Virus record (IMG/VR): IMGVR_UViG_3300048833_000100
Span: 9,896 to 73,895 of that record
DNA from: a virus
Direction: 5' to 3' (one strand)
Length of the DNA stretch: 64,000 nucleotides
Shown: positions 10,501-18,824 of the stretch, piece after piece
Layout: each line of letters begins with the position of its first letter
Position numbering within the stretch: the first letter of the stretch is position 1
Program-made: the position numbers and the translations under genes
The notes under the pieces: generated by a model
What the model was told of the DNA's origin: nothing
Databases searched by the model: none
The model's input: the letters and a program-made list of their open reading frames with translations, nothing else

Positions 10501-12638
10501 GGATTGGCCTGAGCCACATAGTCCAGGATCTTGAGGTAGGACTCACGCGTCTTGGGATCGAGATCCGGCTTGGCCAGTTCCGAAGCCGGAACCATTTGAC
10601 CCAGGATCTCCGGGGTCACTTCGGAGAGGATCTTGTTGGCCTCATTCACCAGCTTCGATTGCTCGAATGTCGCCAGATGTTTGGTCAGGGTCTTGTGGCT
10701 CTGGACCCGTGTGTCATTGGCCGGCAGTTTCGCCACGGCTTCCCGGACACGGGTGCTGTCACCCCGCTTCATCGAGTCAATCCCATCCAGCACATCCAGC
10801 GCCGAATAGATCCTGGTTGCCTCATCCGGGCTCGCCATGGCTCGGGCAGCTTCTTCAACCACCATCGTCCGGGGGATGCTGGCCTTGGGATCGGCTTCAT
10901 ACATCGCCTTCACGGACGGGTAATTCGCCGCCACGTTTGCGATCTCATCTTCGTCGAAGACCAGGCCCCGCCGCAGATCATCCTCTGCGGGATCAGAGGC
11001 TGGAAGGGAAACCCCACCTTCCGGGGCCTGGTCCTCTACCACTTCCGCCGACGGGGACGGCAGAGCGGATGCTTGTTGTTCAGCCTTCAGGGCTACCATA
11101 GCTGCCCCGGCAGAGGCCAGTTCAGCTGCAGCCTCTACCCGTGCCTTGGTGCCGGTCACGCTCTCGGCATCGAGCTTGGCTTCATTGCGGGCATCGAGCT
11201 TGGTGCCTGCTGCTCCAAGGGCCGTGGAAGCCCCGCTGAGGACCGCATTGCCGACGGCGCTGGCCGATTGCCCAAGGATGTCTGCCGCGATCCCAGGAGC
11301 CTGCATGGAGCCAGCGGAGGCAATACCACCGAGAGCTCCTTGGGCACCTGCTTCTGCGACACCTTCTTCCAAGGCCTGATCAAACCCGACATCCCGCTTG
11401 GCGATGTTACCGACCACCGCCGAGTTCATCTCCTGCAGGGTCTCTTCCACAGTCTCCCTGGTGATGTCTTGCACCCCGGCCCGGATTGCATTGTTCGGGG
11501 CAATGCGGAACGGATTGGCTGCAAAGGGTGCGGCAATCTTACCTGCCAACAGAGCGCCCGGAGCTGCCAGCGGAGCAGCCACAATCCCGGCATCCGTGGC
11601 AATCTGGAGCTGTGCCTCCCGATGGCTCATGTTCTGGGCCCGGAGTGCCTGATACTCCTCGCTCTCCCACATCTCCTCTTCGGAGAGGTTCATGATCTCG
11701 TTCTGGACCTGGCTTACGGCACCACCCGTCTCCGTTGCACCAATGGCGACGGGAGCCAGTTTCAGGGCAGTCTGCTCGAGCAGCTTCTTCCCGGCTTCCG
11801 TGCCCAGATGCTCAACAGCTGCAGCACGGGTCATGCCGCCTGCCGTCAGCATGCGGAGGGTGTTGGCCTTGGCCAGAACCTTGATCCCGAGCGTAGTGGG
11901 AAGTAGCGAACCAATCCCCTCGGGGACAAGGGAGCCTGCCATGATCGGATCATCGGCATAGTTGGCGATCGTCTCGCCGAAGCCTTCGACAAACTTGGTA
12001 GCCCCAGGAGACAAGAGACCATCCCACTCCCCGGCTGCCTCAGCTGCCAGAGCTTCCTGATACCGGGCTTCCCGATCTTCCTTATCGAGAGACGCCTCGA
12101 TCTGGTGCTGTGCCCGGCGATCCTGCATCAGCTGGGACTGCTGACCTTCGAGCCATCCAGACAGATCCTGTGTGGCCTCCGAGACCACTGGGGACATCGT
12201 GGTTCCGAGCACTGCATCGACGCCAGCCGTGCCAAGTGCCGCAACCCCACCAACGACATTGGCTGCCATCTTGCCGGTGTCGATCAGGGAGTCACCGGCC
12301 ACCTGATCCCAATCCCGTTCAGACTCTTTCAGGACCTCGACACCACGACGGGCATCCAGGTAGTTGCCACGACCGAGCCAGGCGTCTTTTCCGTAGACCC
12401 GCAGCAGCTCATCCGGCTGCATGGTCTTCAGATCCTGTAGGCTCTGATCATCTGCCAGACGGTTGCCTTGAAGGTCTGCCGTGGCAATACGCTGCTGCTC
12501 CTGCGGCGTCCCGAACATGGCTTTCTTCTGGATCGCAGTTGCTTCCAGCTGGGCCTTCTTCTCAGCCACTGCCGGGCTGTCAGTCGGCGCTGCAGGCGTC
12601 GGTGCCCAGTTGAGATTGAACGAGAGCTTTTCGGCCAT
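1557..12638 (-). CDS. Virion-encapsidated RNA polymerase (N4 gp50-like vRNAP)
   Basis: About 3700 aa; catalytic motifs ALEADGKTDGPINAM, RNTVKNPLTVFLYGSG, GTGDGRMI and LPVFDG; no Cys noticed on reading, as in N4 vRNAP; start could be 12686, 12653 or 12638. Confidence 0.97.
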   Translation of the reverse strand: MAEKLSFNLNWAPTPAAPTDSPAVAEKKAQLEATAIQKKAMFGTPQEQQRIATADLQGNRLADDQSLQDLKTMQPDELLRVYGKDAWLGRGNYLDARRGVEVLKESERDWDQVAGDSLIDTGKMAANVVGGVAALGTAGVDAVLGTTMSPVVSEATQDLSGWLEGQQSQLMQDRRAQHQIEASLDKEDREARYQEALAAEAAGEWDGLLSPGATKFVEGFGETIANYADDPIMAGSLVPEGIGSLLPTTLGIKVLAKANTLRMLTAGGMTRAAAVEHLGTEAGKKLLEQTALKLAPVAIGATETGGAVSQVQNEIMNLSEEEMWESEEYQALRAQNMSHREAQLQIATDAGIVAAPLAAPGALLAGKIAAPFAANPFRIAPNNAIRAGVQDITRETVEETLQEMNSAVVGNIAKRDVGFDQALEEGVAEAGAQGALGGIASAGSMQAPGIAADILGQSASAVGNAVLSGASTALGAAGTKLDARNEAKLDAESVTGTKARVEAAAELASAGAAMVALKAEQQASALPSPSAEVVEDQAPEGGVSLPASDPAEDDLRRGLVFDEDEIANVAANYPSVKAMYEADPKASIPRTMVVEEAARAMASPDEATRIYSALDVLDGIDSMKRGDSTRVREAVAKLPANDTRVQSHKTLTKHLATFEQSKLVNEANKILSEVTPEILGQMVPASELAKPDLDPKTRESYLKILDYVAQANPALLSKETYDTVLNQLGPVEGQSPVTAERRKHLSAAAKIFATLEKLDAQKAKIWSQPGTQPPKTKDEVRKEIFHTGMDTVRNGEEVTSLSLSGHYKRVNDAMRVGHRDVAMRALTDLRNFALSQSNKMKAFNESAAVGKGKSHKVPFVAKGVYGFYAKEAKDGVWVDLTNPNSVALAQEVHADATAAADLLKQLIQTHGLTEMKAVSVPNMHKKLTLRGDLAKPVPDAPKAQEPVEPKADPMMDPLIDAVNRKVAERKAERAAQAKTTKEEAEAKAAEKAAAKAAKAKEREEKKAVRAAEKKRLAAERRAKAAAAREPKVQKRPFTAYMARIGGIAPHGPVARELRHNGVTPRTTPGLFRKTGYTDLDNIPAREHPDLAWVLPVDDSSGYFEQQGLIDAIVSEAAGTPLVFGDEAIAQAERQEFLEAEADAARSEQEETTETAVDQDIEEISSEAAPVEDAPVVRWFESLKNILVIPMKGVNVFLDAFKPRKHGSLLPGIEDAHKFFEDYVRSSEDVTEEQRDAIDNVMEMNFTEFSAELDNAAQEFIKGWNLQGEAISAWLNTSDGLPLNLLKEGSVREFPEQVKFAAFAAVYEWLLASTGPQRPRDEEAMAKILGLPRGTSLPGNVTKAVRYGHPQQSAVEQIANKMMVLLDVSPRDEKTIRQTQGMFRSLAATSLELLMDTKAGKPEEGRGRIGWRKVHVTVGDVTRDFIMLEPHVDQLLDRDFEVLVKMRSPFTNILTQGRVKDRLIGKPLKTVARTQLGNRLAELSRQERKVVKRLQETPNRLVKPMVNFFQALGDENVKTLLGFQEISEADRKTYNVDHLDAIDGKNNTIEHDLAAVQGYIDEVSQVAETQDGIWDMPIFFEWAVSAVGRLQQSGPVTPQGSKIAREMISSTHSTLDLDNAKHEEALWLAIAQSLGVKVEQKSVQDSIESAQDLVTGKYAPLIDLLAEGIVEDSFDVNDFMETVAAKKLGPLTPKQIHALMVAAQVEVADVVGNRNAFETALALEADGKTDGPINAMVHMGLGEFDAAQIERFAKGGLFFTDVEISLNNFVAMRAENRTDLYHMAAHRLEARMHDLVHGQVDDVPEGFSQERLHSVLRVLEKFNDPAFLQIELEHGEDGRLEGVGIGRNTVKNPLTVFLYGSGVNGVSNKIAGVVTKQLSKMLTEISRQGNGYRNFDALKANEYQMVQDLMAVMGLSRREMHDWFSNPVESTVSGRMFDTLAKNIEIHFAQPMFDAIDETTGGLGSHMRTTQRASQVQALIFRDVFLRKLKEAQAEEDAAQKAEAELEAKRKGSNGATGEWTPKPGRRLLSEERMRDIYAESMKIAPIYGTDAQSFQIAAPDRDQSHDYKVGGSFSGNMETRATLVTPADASVKVSAFLTIGTGDGRMILNIYHDGNGDFDMSLPVFDGVELAADKIEGASRQINEQVYNGWIEGNPYQAIADGFRQMTQNLTYQDFANLSKDTKDALNKTMRDFRKTVGNRPLQHADIVNMQRELDEMAMQSTARKRAMARMATSTDHMASAQAPFVSPGTVVAGGSPIAYDEITSQLNQLYREELSALQAQARAAKDGASRKDYAQKPSAEFRAKVSELGTEVDGHPGVVSIKGSAVMQLLTADTDTTEEQLRAIQGMRKVAPLSEDVVYYFGSNKALEQVRNTLYPELTKGLNQSNGQIQYGQSSAGKQVVFVAHAAPEVLIHEMLHIHTMKRLVDFYDDPRSVPEHVRHAVKELEALRDDILKMVPEGASAGAMSQLHAVLHAQKGNPAAQISELISYALSNQKLSEKLEATKTYRPLISWVARAINAFKKLVGFHPGNTLLSNLQFNATLLVAPSKAVEVARADAQVNQVLDQSFPASDRLQEVEEMFLGRMRLWLERMGNVNDLLAAGKITEAEAATKAQTAVADSLSTAGKARERAAAAGFNVTAREARAFEAVYASVQAGMRADKPIHRHLQEAFDHVLRVVTPQDFTKLPGVSASLAEAMWDHLAGADGIKKQTPNRNDQLAVFTALALTNDGFREVLEKIEAPKIADLKWDSVDDFLRSIGSTLVNLITRLSIHPRKMEPNLRQEMEKLALTLTTVQGKRRLMAGLETMNEKIEQANSWLASQVEDKSTKATIKLVNAAKQRKGSVLGQAAYVTSLVTSLGSPDRTEENMDNATYFLNRIEGKHELRSILSDLRGQTKDNIGLLRLINKAKSKIDALRQDFREGVPVNLAKKFSRPLTSAEWSQLHKGLARTDLLALGHAETLDLLRNLGSLDQKIADAEEAVMGLGGAVSARQIAKAKALAVYMVSGKVTSQNLLPNAHAIAHLFGENKPKGVAPVSEDLVTAIDQLTSLYAFAELDADTQKALADLAKDEADGMQTLTGFLNGTRTLEMKRITRDGALNQVAQNNGLKGYIPRLMQEGAALMVFEDDQQANLLKRGFTRVGDYVGDKNEGRQPKRGYYRSTVAGKTAFRQGVAQTVHETWMGVDAHTGQRLPGQTAGLIADYDSADIALSVGRARPGSLDNLPAGDYLLPIFDKEGKIAGHQRPMDPAHTEAMPMDDHLGRMLGVWMGRIVEENVADANNVALLEVLKETYDAARAKGDVSEFINVADPNQKDPVVRDAWGTMGWKMKQHAHEVFGKDELWVKRDQVEDAIGFRRASTTDAWTGISRWNEKTQQNIQKTAERLLGVHAFRKLKTFENTVESVVSFAKTTIIVRSIVVGYQNILSNIYHLSMVGVSPIAIATGMRDKFSEISTYVKNREEIQRLQIEMAAVINNPTRRDALQARIAVLDRANAKLSVAPLIESGEFSTISESLTEADVAIREGKWGEYLERVANRMPDWAQGTAKNLLITKDSALFQGLNRMVQYGDFVAKAVLYDHLTKKKGMKPEDALDQIREEFVQYNRLPGRGRDFRETMGLQWFWSYKLRIMKIAARTLRDRPLTSLFMMGGVGPASGISTTWDGSFLGSTLDGRLPYSFGPAMGFDAPFNHPVAAIFD

Positions 12639-12661
12639 GGGCACTGGATCCATCAATGAGA

Positions 12662-12687
12662 AATGGCGGGGAGTGATCCCCGCCATT
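12662..12687 (-). terminator. Hairpin/terminator upstream of vRNAP
   Basis: aatggcgggga-gtga-tccccgccatt perfect 11-bp stem. Confidence 0.5.
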
Positions 12688-12733
12688 ATTAGACACTGAA
12701 TTGGTCGGCGTCTATGGTGTGGTGTGGTGTGAT

Positions 12734-14803
12734 TTACATATCCTGCAACAGCTTCTCAGCCTTACGAACCCGTCGCTTCTGATCGGCCGTTAGTGGGCCG
12801 GACTTGGAGTTCATCTTCTCCAGGAACGCCTCCAGCCGCCGCACAGCCGCAGCCTTGGCAATCGGGTGTTCCGTTTCCCCAGAGATGAAGTCGGCGGCAT
12901 AGGCCAGTTCCGTGGGGTCCTCGAGCGCATCCGGGTCATCAGCCCCAAGGAGAGAAACCATATCCTCGGCAGCCGTGCCCTCCGGTTGGGTGGCCTTGAT
13001 CTGCTCGGAGATCTGGTTCACCGCAGCGGCTTTTTGCTGATCCACCACTGCGCTAGGATTGGGCATGGGTGCCGCTGCCCGGTCCAGAGCAGAGGTGCCA
13101 TTCACAAACCCGTTCTGGACGAGGGTCGAGCCTGCATTACGCATGGACCGCCCTGCCCCCATCAGAGTAGCACCGGCCTCAGGAGAGACCACGGAGACCG
13201 GGTATCCCAGTGCCGTGAGGCCCGCACCTGCGCCCCAAGCAGCTCCGCCTGTAAGGCGCCCCACATTCCGGTCAAGGACACGGGCCTGTCCCGTGGAGAC
13301 GGCATTGGCAAAGTCCCCCACACCGGCCTGCACTGCTTGCGCCTGTTCCAGATCATTGGTGGGTGCTGGAGGTGTATCCGGGGTTTCACCGCTGGCTGTC
13401 GGATCTCCTTGGGCACCTTCCGCCTTCGCTGCCGCTTCGGCTAGGGCAGCCTCAGCGGGGGTGCGACCAGTAGGCTGGTCACCTTTGGGAGAACCTTGAA
13501 GGGCAGAGTCCACGATGGTTTGAGCCGCTGCCGCCTTTTCTTCTGGAGGCATGTTCGCGTAGCCGGACAGCTCCAGGATCTCATCAATGGTCTTCTGGAT
13601 GGCTTCCGGGGAGGATCTCCGATAGATCTGAGCCCGAAGGGTATTGTCGAGCTTGGTCAGCTCGGCCCGCTCGTTCTTGATCCGGGTATCCTCCCGCTTG
13701 TATTCGTTGATCTTGTCGTCCAGACGCATGTTGTCGTCCGGCATATCCAGCCCACCAAGGATCTTCCTGATTTCAGCCACAGCCGGGATCTGCCCATCGT
13801 TGTTGAAATTGAGGAAGTCGATCCCGGTATTGGTCAGGGTATCCTGGATGACCGCAGCAATGATCTTCGGGTTGACCCCTTTGAACTCGCTTGTCAGATC
13901 GTTGTAGAGACCACGCAGTTCCCCCCGGCTCCGGGAAAACTTGCCCTCCTCATCCGAAGTCTCATCCGCCCCGAGCTCGGAGATCACAGTCTGCAGGGGA
14001 TCCGCAGACTGCCCAAACCGGGACTCCCCGAGCTCGTAATAATAGAGCTCCTTGTTGAGACCCCGTTCCCGTGCCAAAGCACGCTCCTGATTGTCGAGGG
14101 TCTCTGTCTTTGAGAGGATGATGCTCTCGATATCTTGGGGAGCTGCCTTCACCTGTTCATGGTCTGAGAGCGTGACATCCCCCACTGCCCAGTTCTTCGG
14201 GTCGACCGAACCAATGGCCTTCAGGAGGGCTTCCTCTTCCTTGGGGGCAAACTTGTTCTGGATGATCCACTCCGATGCAAGTTCAGGGGTGATGAGGTCA
14301 GGGTCATCGGCCAACTTGTTGGCCTGCTCAAAGGCCCATTCCGCCCGCTGCCGATCTTCCTCGCTCCGGGCATAGACCTCGTCTGCCCGACCCTCACCAA
14401 TCTTCTGCCGCCCGAAGTCATGTTCATTCTTGCCGAGATTGAACCGAGCCTGAGCATCCGAGGTGTCATTGGCCCGGCTGGTCTCCAGAGAGGAGCGATA
14501 CCCATAGGCCTTGTCCAGAGCCCCGGCAGTCGCCTCTCCGGGAGCGATCCCGAGAGCACCCAGACCTTGGGTTGCCAGGGCCTGGTCCAGCGTGCCAACC
14601 CCGCGGTGCCGCAGAAGGTTGTCGGCAACCTTGGCGTCGATGAGCAGATCGGCCTTGGCCTTCTTCTCCTCACCTGCCTCGCCGAAGACATCCCCGAGAC
14701 CTTCCATGGCCTTGGCAAAGCCATCGCTTGCCTTGGCCTTGAGATAGGCAGCACTTTGGAAGTCGGGGCCGGAGACCTGTTGCCAGGTGATACGATTAGC
14801 CAT
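12734..14803 (-). CDS. Virion/ejection protein (N4 gp51-like)
   Basis: N-terminal RITWQQVSGPDF resembles the N4 gp51 family; synteny immediately upstream of vRNAP. Confidence 0.75.
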   Translation of the reverse strand: MANRITWQQVSGPDFQSAAYLKAKASDGFAKAMEGLGDVFGEAGEEKKAKADLLIDAKVADNLLRHRGVGTLDQALATQGLGALGIAPGEATAGALDKAYGYRSSLETSRANDTSDAQARFNLGKNEHDFGRQKIGEGRADEVYARSEEDRQRAEWAFEQANKLADDPDLITPELASEWIIQNKFAPKEEEALLKAIGSVDPKNWAVGDVTLSDHEQVKAAPQDIESIILSKTETLDNQERALARERGLNKELYYYELGESRFGQSADPLQTVISELGADETSDEEGKFSRSRGELRGLYNDLTSEFKGVNPKIIAAVIQDTLTNTGIDFLNFNNDGQIPAVAEIRKILGGLDMPDDNMRLDDKINEYKREDTRIKNERAELTKLDNTLRAQIYRRSSPEAIQKTIDEILELSGYANMPPEEKAAAAQTIVDSALQGSPKGDQPTGRTPAEAALAEAAAKAEGAQGDPTASGETPDTPPAPTNDLEQAQAVQAGVGDFANAVSTGQARVLDRNVGRLTGGAAWGAGAGLTALGYPVSVVSPEAGATLMGAGRSMRNAGSTLVQNGFVNGTSALDRAAAPMPNPSAVVDQQKAAAVNQISEQIKATQPEGTAAEDMVSLLGADDPDALEDPTELAYAADFISGETEHPIAKAAAVRRLEAFLEKMNSKSGPLTADQKRRVRKAEKLLQDM

Positions 14804-14811
14804 GGTTCACC

Positions 14812-15378
14812 TCAGATCTTGTTTTTTTCGACATAGCGGTTGGCCCAGCCTCTGCCGCGACCTTCCTGCGATGCCCGACCGTCCGCCCGTTCCTGCAGAG
14901 CCGTGTTGTAGCTTGCAATCTGGTTGGCGTAGTTGTCGGCATAGGTCTGCTTCTGGAAGTCGAACATCTCATTTGCCAGCTTGTTCTGCTGGACCGCGCC
15001 CCAGATCGAGCCAATGGTTCCGATCCCCTTGGAGATCATCTCGAGCCCGTCGAGGTTGAAACCCTTCTCCTTATCCCAGAGCAGGCCCTTAAACCCATCC
15101 CACAGGGACAGATCTTTGGCTGTGGCGTCATCTGCTGCCGGAGCCACAGGCGCCGGAACCGCAGCTGCACTGGTCGTCGGCGCCGTCGGAGCGGCACCGG
15201 GAGCCTGATACTGGAAGGGGGTGATCTGGTAGCCAGCCGGTGCAGCATTGGGGGCTGCCACACCGAGCGGTGCGGGGGCGGTGGAGGTCCAGGAGCGCAG
15301 CTGGTCGGAGGTAGGCATCCCGGTAAAGCCCAAGGGCGACGGGGCCTGAGATGTGGGATAGGTATACGGGTAGGTCAT
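14812..15378 (-). CDS. Virion structural/ejection protein (N4 gp52-like)
   Basis: C-terminal FDFQKQTYADNYANQIASYNTALQERADGR; synteny. Confidence 0.75.
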   Translation of the reverse strand: MTYPYTYPTSQAPSPLGFTGMPTSDQLRSWTSTAPAPLGVAAPNAAPAGYQITPFQYQAPGAAPTAPTTSAAAVPAPVAPAADDATAKDLSLWDGFKGLLWDKEKGFNLDGLEMISKGIGTIGSIWGAVQQNKLANEMFDFQKQTYADNYANQIASYNTALQERADGRASQEGRGRGWANRYVEKNKI

Positions 15379-15406
15379 GGGCAAGACTCCACTGAATTGT
15401 TCGGGA

Positions 15407-17695
15407 TCAGGTCAAGCCGGGAAGTTCGAGCGAGATTGCAACGAAGTCCGTCACCATGGCTCTGGACAGTTCCGCGAGCTCACTGCCCGTCAGGAGGGTC
15501 CGACCCAGAAAACTTGCGCTGCGTTCCCCGAATTGTTCGGTGGCATCTGAAAACATCATAGGGTCAACGACGACATTCGTCATGCCCAGATTTTCATTCC
15601 AGAGCTTCTCCAGCTCCTTGGTCTTTTCGGCATAGTCCTCACCGAGGTTCTGCATGTCCTGCATGATGTCTGCCGTATCGGCAGCGATCCAACGACTATA
15701 GGCATCCCCCACAGCATCGGTGAGTTTGGTCAGGTTCTCAGGACGGAACAGCACGTTCCAATCCACGTTGAAGCTGCCGGTGGTCACCAGGGACTTCCCG
15801 ACCTGCAGGGCCACCATGGAGACAATGGTTCCCAGGATGGCTCCCCACTTCTCGCCCAGAACCAATACCGAGATCTTGGAGAGGATCGTGGTCAGGATCA
15901 CGGAGGCGATCCCATTGGCCACAGCTCCAACCATGGCGGCTGTTGCGGCCGAGGCCCCGAGAGCCGCTCCTACAGCTGCGTTGGTTCCGAGGATCCCACT
16001 GACCGTCGCAAGCCCTGCCCCGGCAGAGATGACCGAGATGGCGATCGAGACTGCGAACATCACGATCTTGAAGAAGCCCCTCTGATACCACTTCTGCTTC
16101 ACCTGCTTGTAGCTGTTGATGACCAGATAGGTGGAGACCCCGGCCAGCTCTGCACCTTTCAGAGCTCCGACCTTCCGCAGAGTCGGGTAGTGCAGCGGGA
16201 TCAGGAAGCCGGACTCATCCTCTTCCTCAAGCACATCCTCAGCATAGATCCTCACGCTCTTATCACCGTAGACGAAGTTCTGGTGCATGAGCCCGGTCAC
16301 TACGATCTTGCTGTAACGCCGCTTGGAGTGCTGTCGAAGGATGGCAAACCGGGACCAGGTCTGCTTCACATGCTGGAGGTAGTCATAATAATCCATGCCC
16401 AGATCCCATGCGGTCACCGGAGCCATGGGAACGATCAGGTATTCCCCGAGCTTCAGCAGGGGCCGGGTTTGGTTCGCATCGAAACGGGCAGCATTGCCGA
16501 CGTGTTGCGTCTCCTCGATCCCTGTCCAGGAGATGATGAAATCGAACTGCGGCAGACCCGGCATCCGAATATGGATCTCGTTTCGATCAGGCACGTCGTT
16601 GAAGACGGCCTCCAGCGCAGGGGCGATCTTGTTCCAGCTTGGGTTGGTCGGCGAACCATCCCCATCATTGGCCCGCTTCCAGCGCCGCCAGGCTGCACTG
16701 GTCACCCGCTTGTTCCGGGCATCTGCCACGAAGTCATCGAGGGTCGTGTTGGAGACCTGAAGATTAATCAGGCTCCTGAAGAACTCATAGAGGTAGGTCT
16801 GCGACGGGGTGTCGGCTGCGTTGAGCGTGACCGCGGGAAGCAGGAACATATGGTCCATGTCCCCGAGTTGCTCGTGATCCTCGAGCTGTGGGATCAGCTT
16901 CGAGAGCCTTGCCCCGGTCAGCTTCCAATAGGCCTCTTCGGCTGCATCCTGCAGGGAGCCACCGATCTCAGTGACGAACTGGTTCTCGATCCTGATCGGG
17001 ATGGCTGGGAAGAACTCCGCCAGATCCGAGGCCACTGGGCGCAGGGCATCGAAGGTCGCGTTGCCAGAGCCCATGCGGTAGGTGAAGAGCTGTGTGTCTC
17101 CGGCGATCCACTGCCTGCGGGCATTTCGGGTCAGGACCTGATAGCTCACATAGAGGAGCTTTCGGTTGTCCCGGTAACTGCCCCAGAGGAGATCCGCCGC
17201 AGCGGGCACCGTATAGGTGGTCGCGCCTCGAGTGATCTCCATCCGGGCTGTGGCCATGTTCAGCTCGGCTGTCCATTCCTCCTCATCCCAGGTTGGGTGG
17301 TTCCTGGAGACCCAGTGCTCGGCCCAGTAATCGACATCGGCGTCATCCACCCGTGCCGAACCAATGATGATCTTCTGGTTCTCTCCCAGACCGAGGACTG
17401 TCCGCATGGCGGCCGTGAGGCCCTTGCCACGAACAGAGATCGCGGCCCCAATGGTTCCCGTCGGCATGCCCAGATCGTAACCCGTCCGAGCCCAGCGGAA
17501 GAACATCTGGTTCCGCATGGCCGTCGAGCTGCGGAGGAAGTTCTGGAGATGGTCTCCCAGACCCTTGGAGCTGTTCGAGAGGTTCGATGACAGGACGAGC
17601 GAAGGCAGCAGCTTGGGACGATTTTTCGGCTCCCCGGCCATATTCCAGACCGCGGAGCTGACATAGGTTTTCGTCTTGCTGCTGAACAGGCCCAT
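15407..17695 (-). CDS. Structural protein (N4 gp53-like)
   Basis: MGLFSSKTKTYVSSAVWNMAG start; KQKWYQRGFFK followed by TM segments; synteny. Confidence 0.85.
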   Translation of the reverse strand: MGLFSSKTKTYVSSAVWNMAGEPKNRPKLLPSLVLSSNLSNSSKGLGDHLQNFLRSSTAMRNQMFFRWARTGYDLGMPTGTIGAAISVRGKGLTAAMRTVLGLGENQKIIIGSARVDDADVDYWAEHWVSRNHPTWDEEEWTAELNMATARMEITRGATTYTVPAAADLLWGSYRDNRKLLYVSYQVLTRNARRQWIAGDTQLFTYRMGSGNATFDALRPVASDLAEFFPAIPIRIENQFVTEIGGSLQDAAEEAYWKLTGARLSKLIPQLEDHEQLGDMDHMFLLPAVTLNAADTPSQTYLYEFFRSLINLQVSNTTLDDFVADARNKRVTSAAWRRWKRANDGDGSPTNPSWNKIAPALEAVFNDVPDRNEIHIRMPGLPQFDFIISWTGIEETQHVGNAARFDANQTRPLLKLGEYLIVPMAPVTAWDLGMDYYDYLQHVKQTWSRFAILRQHSKRRYSKIVVTGLMHQNFVYGDKSVRIYAEDVLEEEDESGFLIPLHYPTLRKVGALKGAELAGVSTYLVINSYKQVKQKWYQRGFFKIVMFAVSIAISVISAGAGLATVSGILGTNAAVGAALGASAATAAMVGAVANGIASVILTTILSKISVLVLGEKWGAILGTIVSMVALQVGKSLVTTGSFNVDWNVLFRPENLTKLTDAVGDAYSRWIAADTADIMQDMQNLGEDYAEKTKELEKLWNENLGMTNVVVDPMMFSDATEQFGERSASFLGRTLLTGSELAELSRAMVTDFVAISLELPGLT

Positions 17696-18795
17696 CAGTT
17701 CAACTGAAGGCGGGTGCGGATGCGGTTGACCACCGTGGTGATCTCCGGGTTGTCCAGGCCGCCAGGGGTGGCCACACCCTCGTTCATCGTCTTGCTGGTG
17801 GTCCAGGCGTTCATCATCACCTGCAGAACCTTGGTCTCGGCATCCCGCTTGTAGGAAGCGATCTGCTCGTCATAGAGCTCCATCTGCTTGCCGACCGAGC
17901 CAGTCACCGTGGCACCACCGCGGCGGGTGTTCAGGGTCTTCGAGCGATGACCTTCGGTCTGCTCTTTCAGGTTCTCGAGCTGCTCCGGCAGCAGGAACTG
18001 GTTGTTGTATTCCTTGCCTACCGTGTCGGCCGTGAAGCCTGCCACCTGTGCCGGGTAGAAGTCGGAGAGTTGATACCCAAGGATGGCCACTTCGCCGTCC
18101 AGCTTCTGCTTCTGGGCCGGGTCGATATTGGCCAGCTGATAGAGGATTTGGTCACGTTGAGCGGTCTTCACATCCGTCCCACGCTGCAGGTCGATCAGCT
18201 GGGCGGGCAGCAGGTAGGTGACCTCGTAGGCCGCCTTCTCGACCTGACGCTTGGCGAGGTTCCAGTTGGCATCCTCGGTCGCCAGACGCAGCTTGGTCAG
18301 CGAGTATTCAGCACCCGCCGTCTTGGCCTGGAACTGGGCAATGGCGAGACGGGCCTTGGATTCCTCGGCCTGGATGCGGGCCTGGACCAGAGCCACGGCT
18401 GCAGCATCGGCCTGACGCTGGGCTGCGACTGCCTGCCAGCGAGCGGTGTCCCTGGAGAGGAGATACTGGACTGCCGAACCAAGAGCAGCGGAGGTGAGTT
18501 GGATATAGGCCTCGGCATATTGGGCGCCGGTCAGGCGGCCCTTCTCGAACTCGACCTTGACGTGCTCCGAGATGGAAACCATCAGAGCATCAAACATTCC
18601 CGAGCCGCCAACTCTGCGGGAGGTGAGATCTCCCTCAGTCAGGGAGGGGACATCGACGATCGAGCTGTCAGGGATCTGGAACTCGGGGTCGTTGAAATCG
18701 ACCGCAGGGAGGGTGAGATCCTGATCCGCTGTCAGGAGGGTATAGAGCTCCCCGGCAAGGGCGCCGGCTTCGGTAGAGGTAGGTGTCGTCGGCAT
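17695..18795 (-). CDS. Structural protein (N4 gp54-like)
   Basis: GGSGMFDALM...EFEKGRLTGAQYAEAY and GSVGKQMELYDEQIASYKRDAE motifs. Confidence 0.85.
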   Translation of the reverse strand: MPTTPTSTEAGALAGELYTLLTADQDLTLPAVDFNDPEFQIPDSSIVDVPSLTEGDLTSRRVGGSGMFDALMVSISEHVKVEFEKGRLTGAQYAEAYIQLTSAALGSAVQYLLSRDTARWQAVAAQRQADAAAVALVQARIQAEESKARLAIAQFQAKTAGAEYSLTKLRLATEDANWNLAKRQVEKAAYEVTYLLPAQLIDLQRGTDVKTAQRDQILYQLANIDPAQKQKLDGEVAILGYQLSDFYPAQVAGFTADTVGKEYNNQFLLPEQLENLKEQTEGHRSKTLNTRRGGATVTGSVGKQMELYDEQIASYKRDAETKVLQVMMNAWTTSKTMNEGVATPGGLDNPEITTVVNRIRTRLQLN

Positions 18796-18824
18796 GGGAT
18801 TTCCTTGTCGGAGAGCTCAGTGGT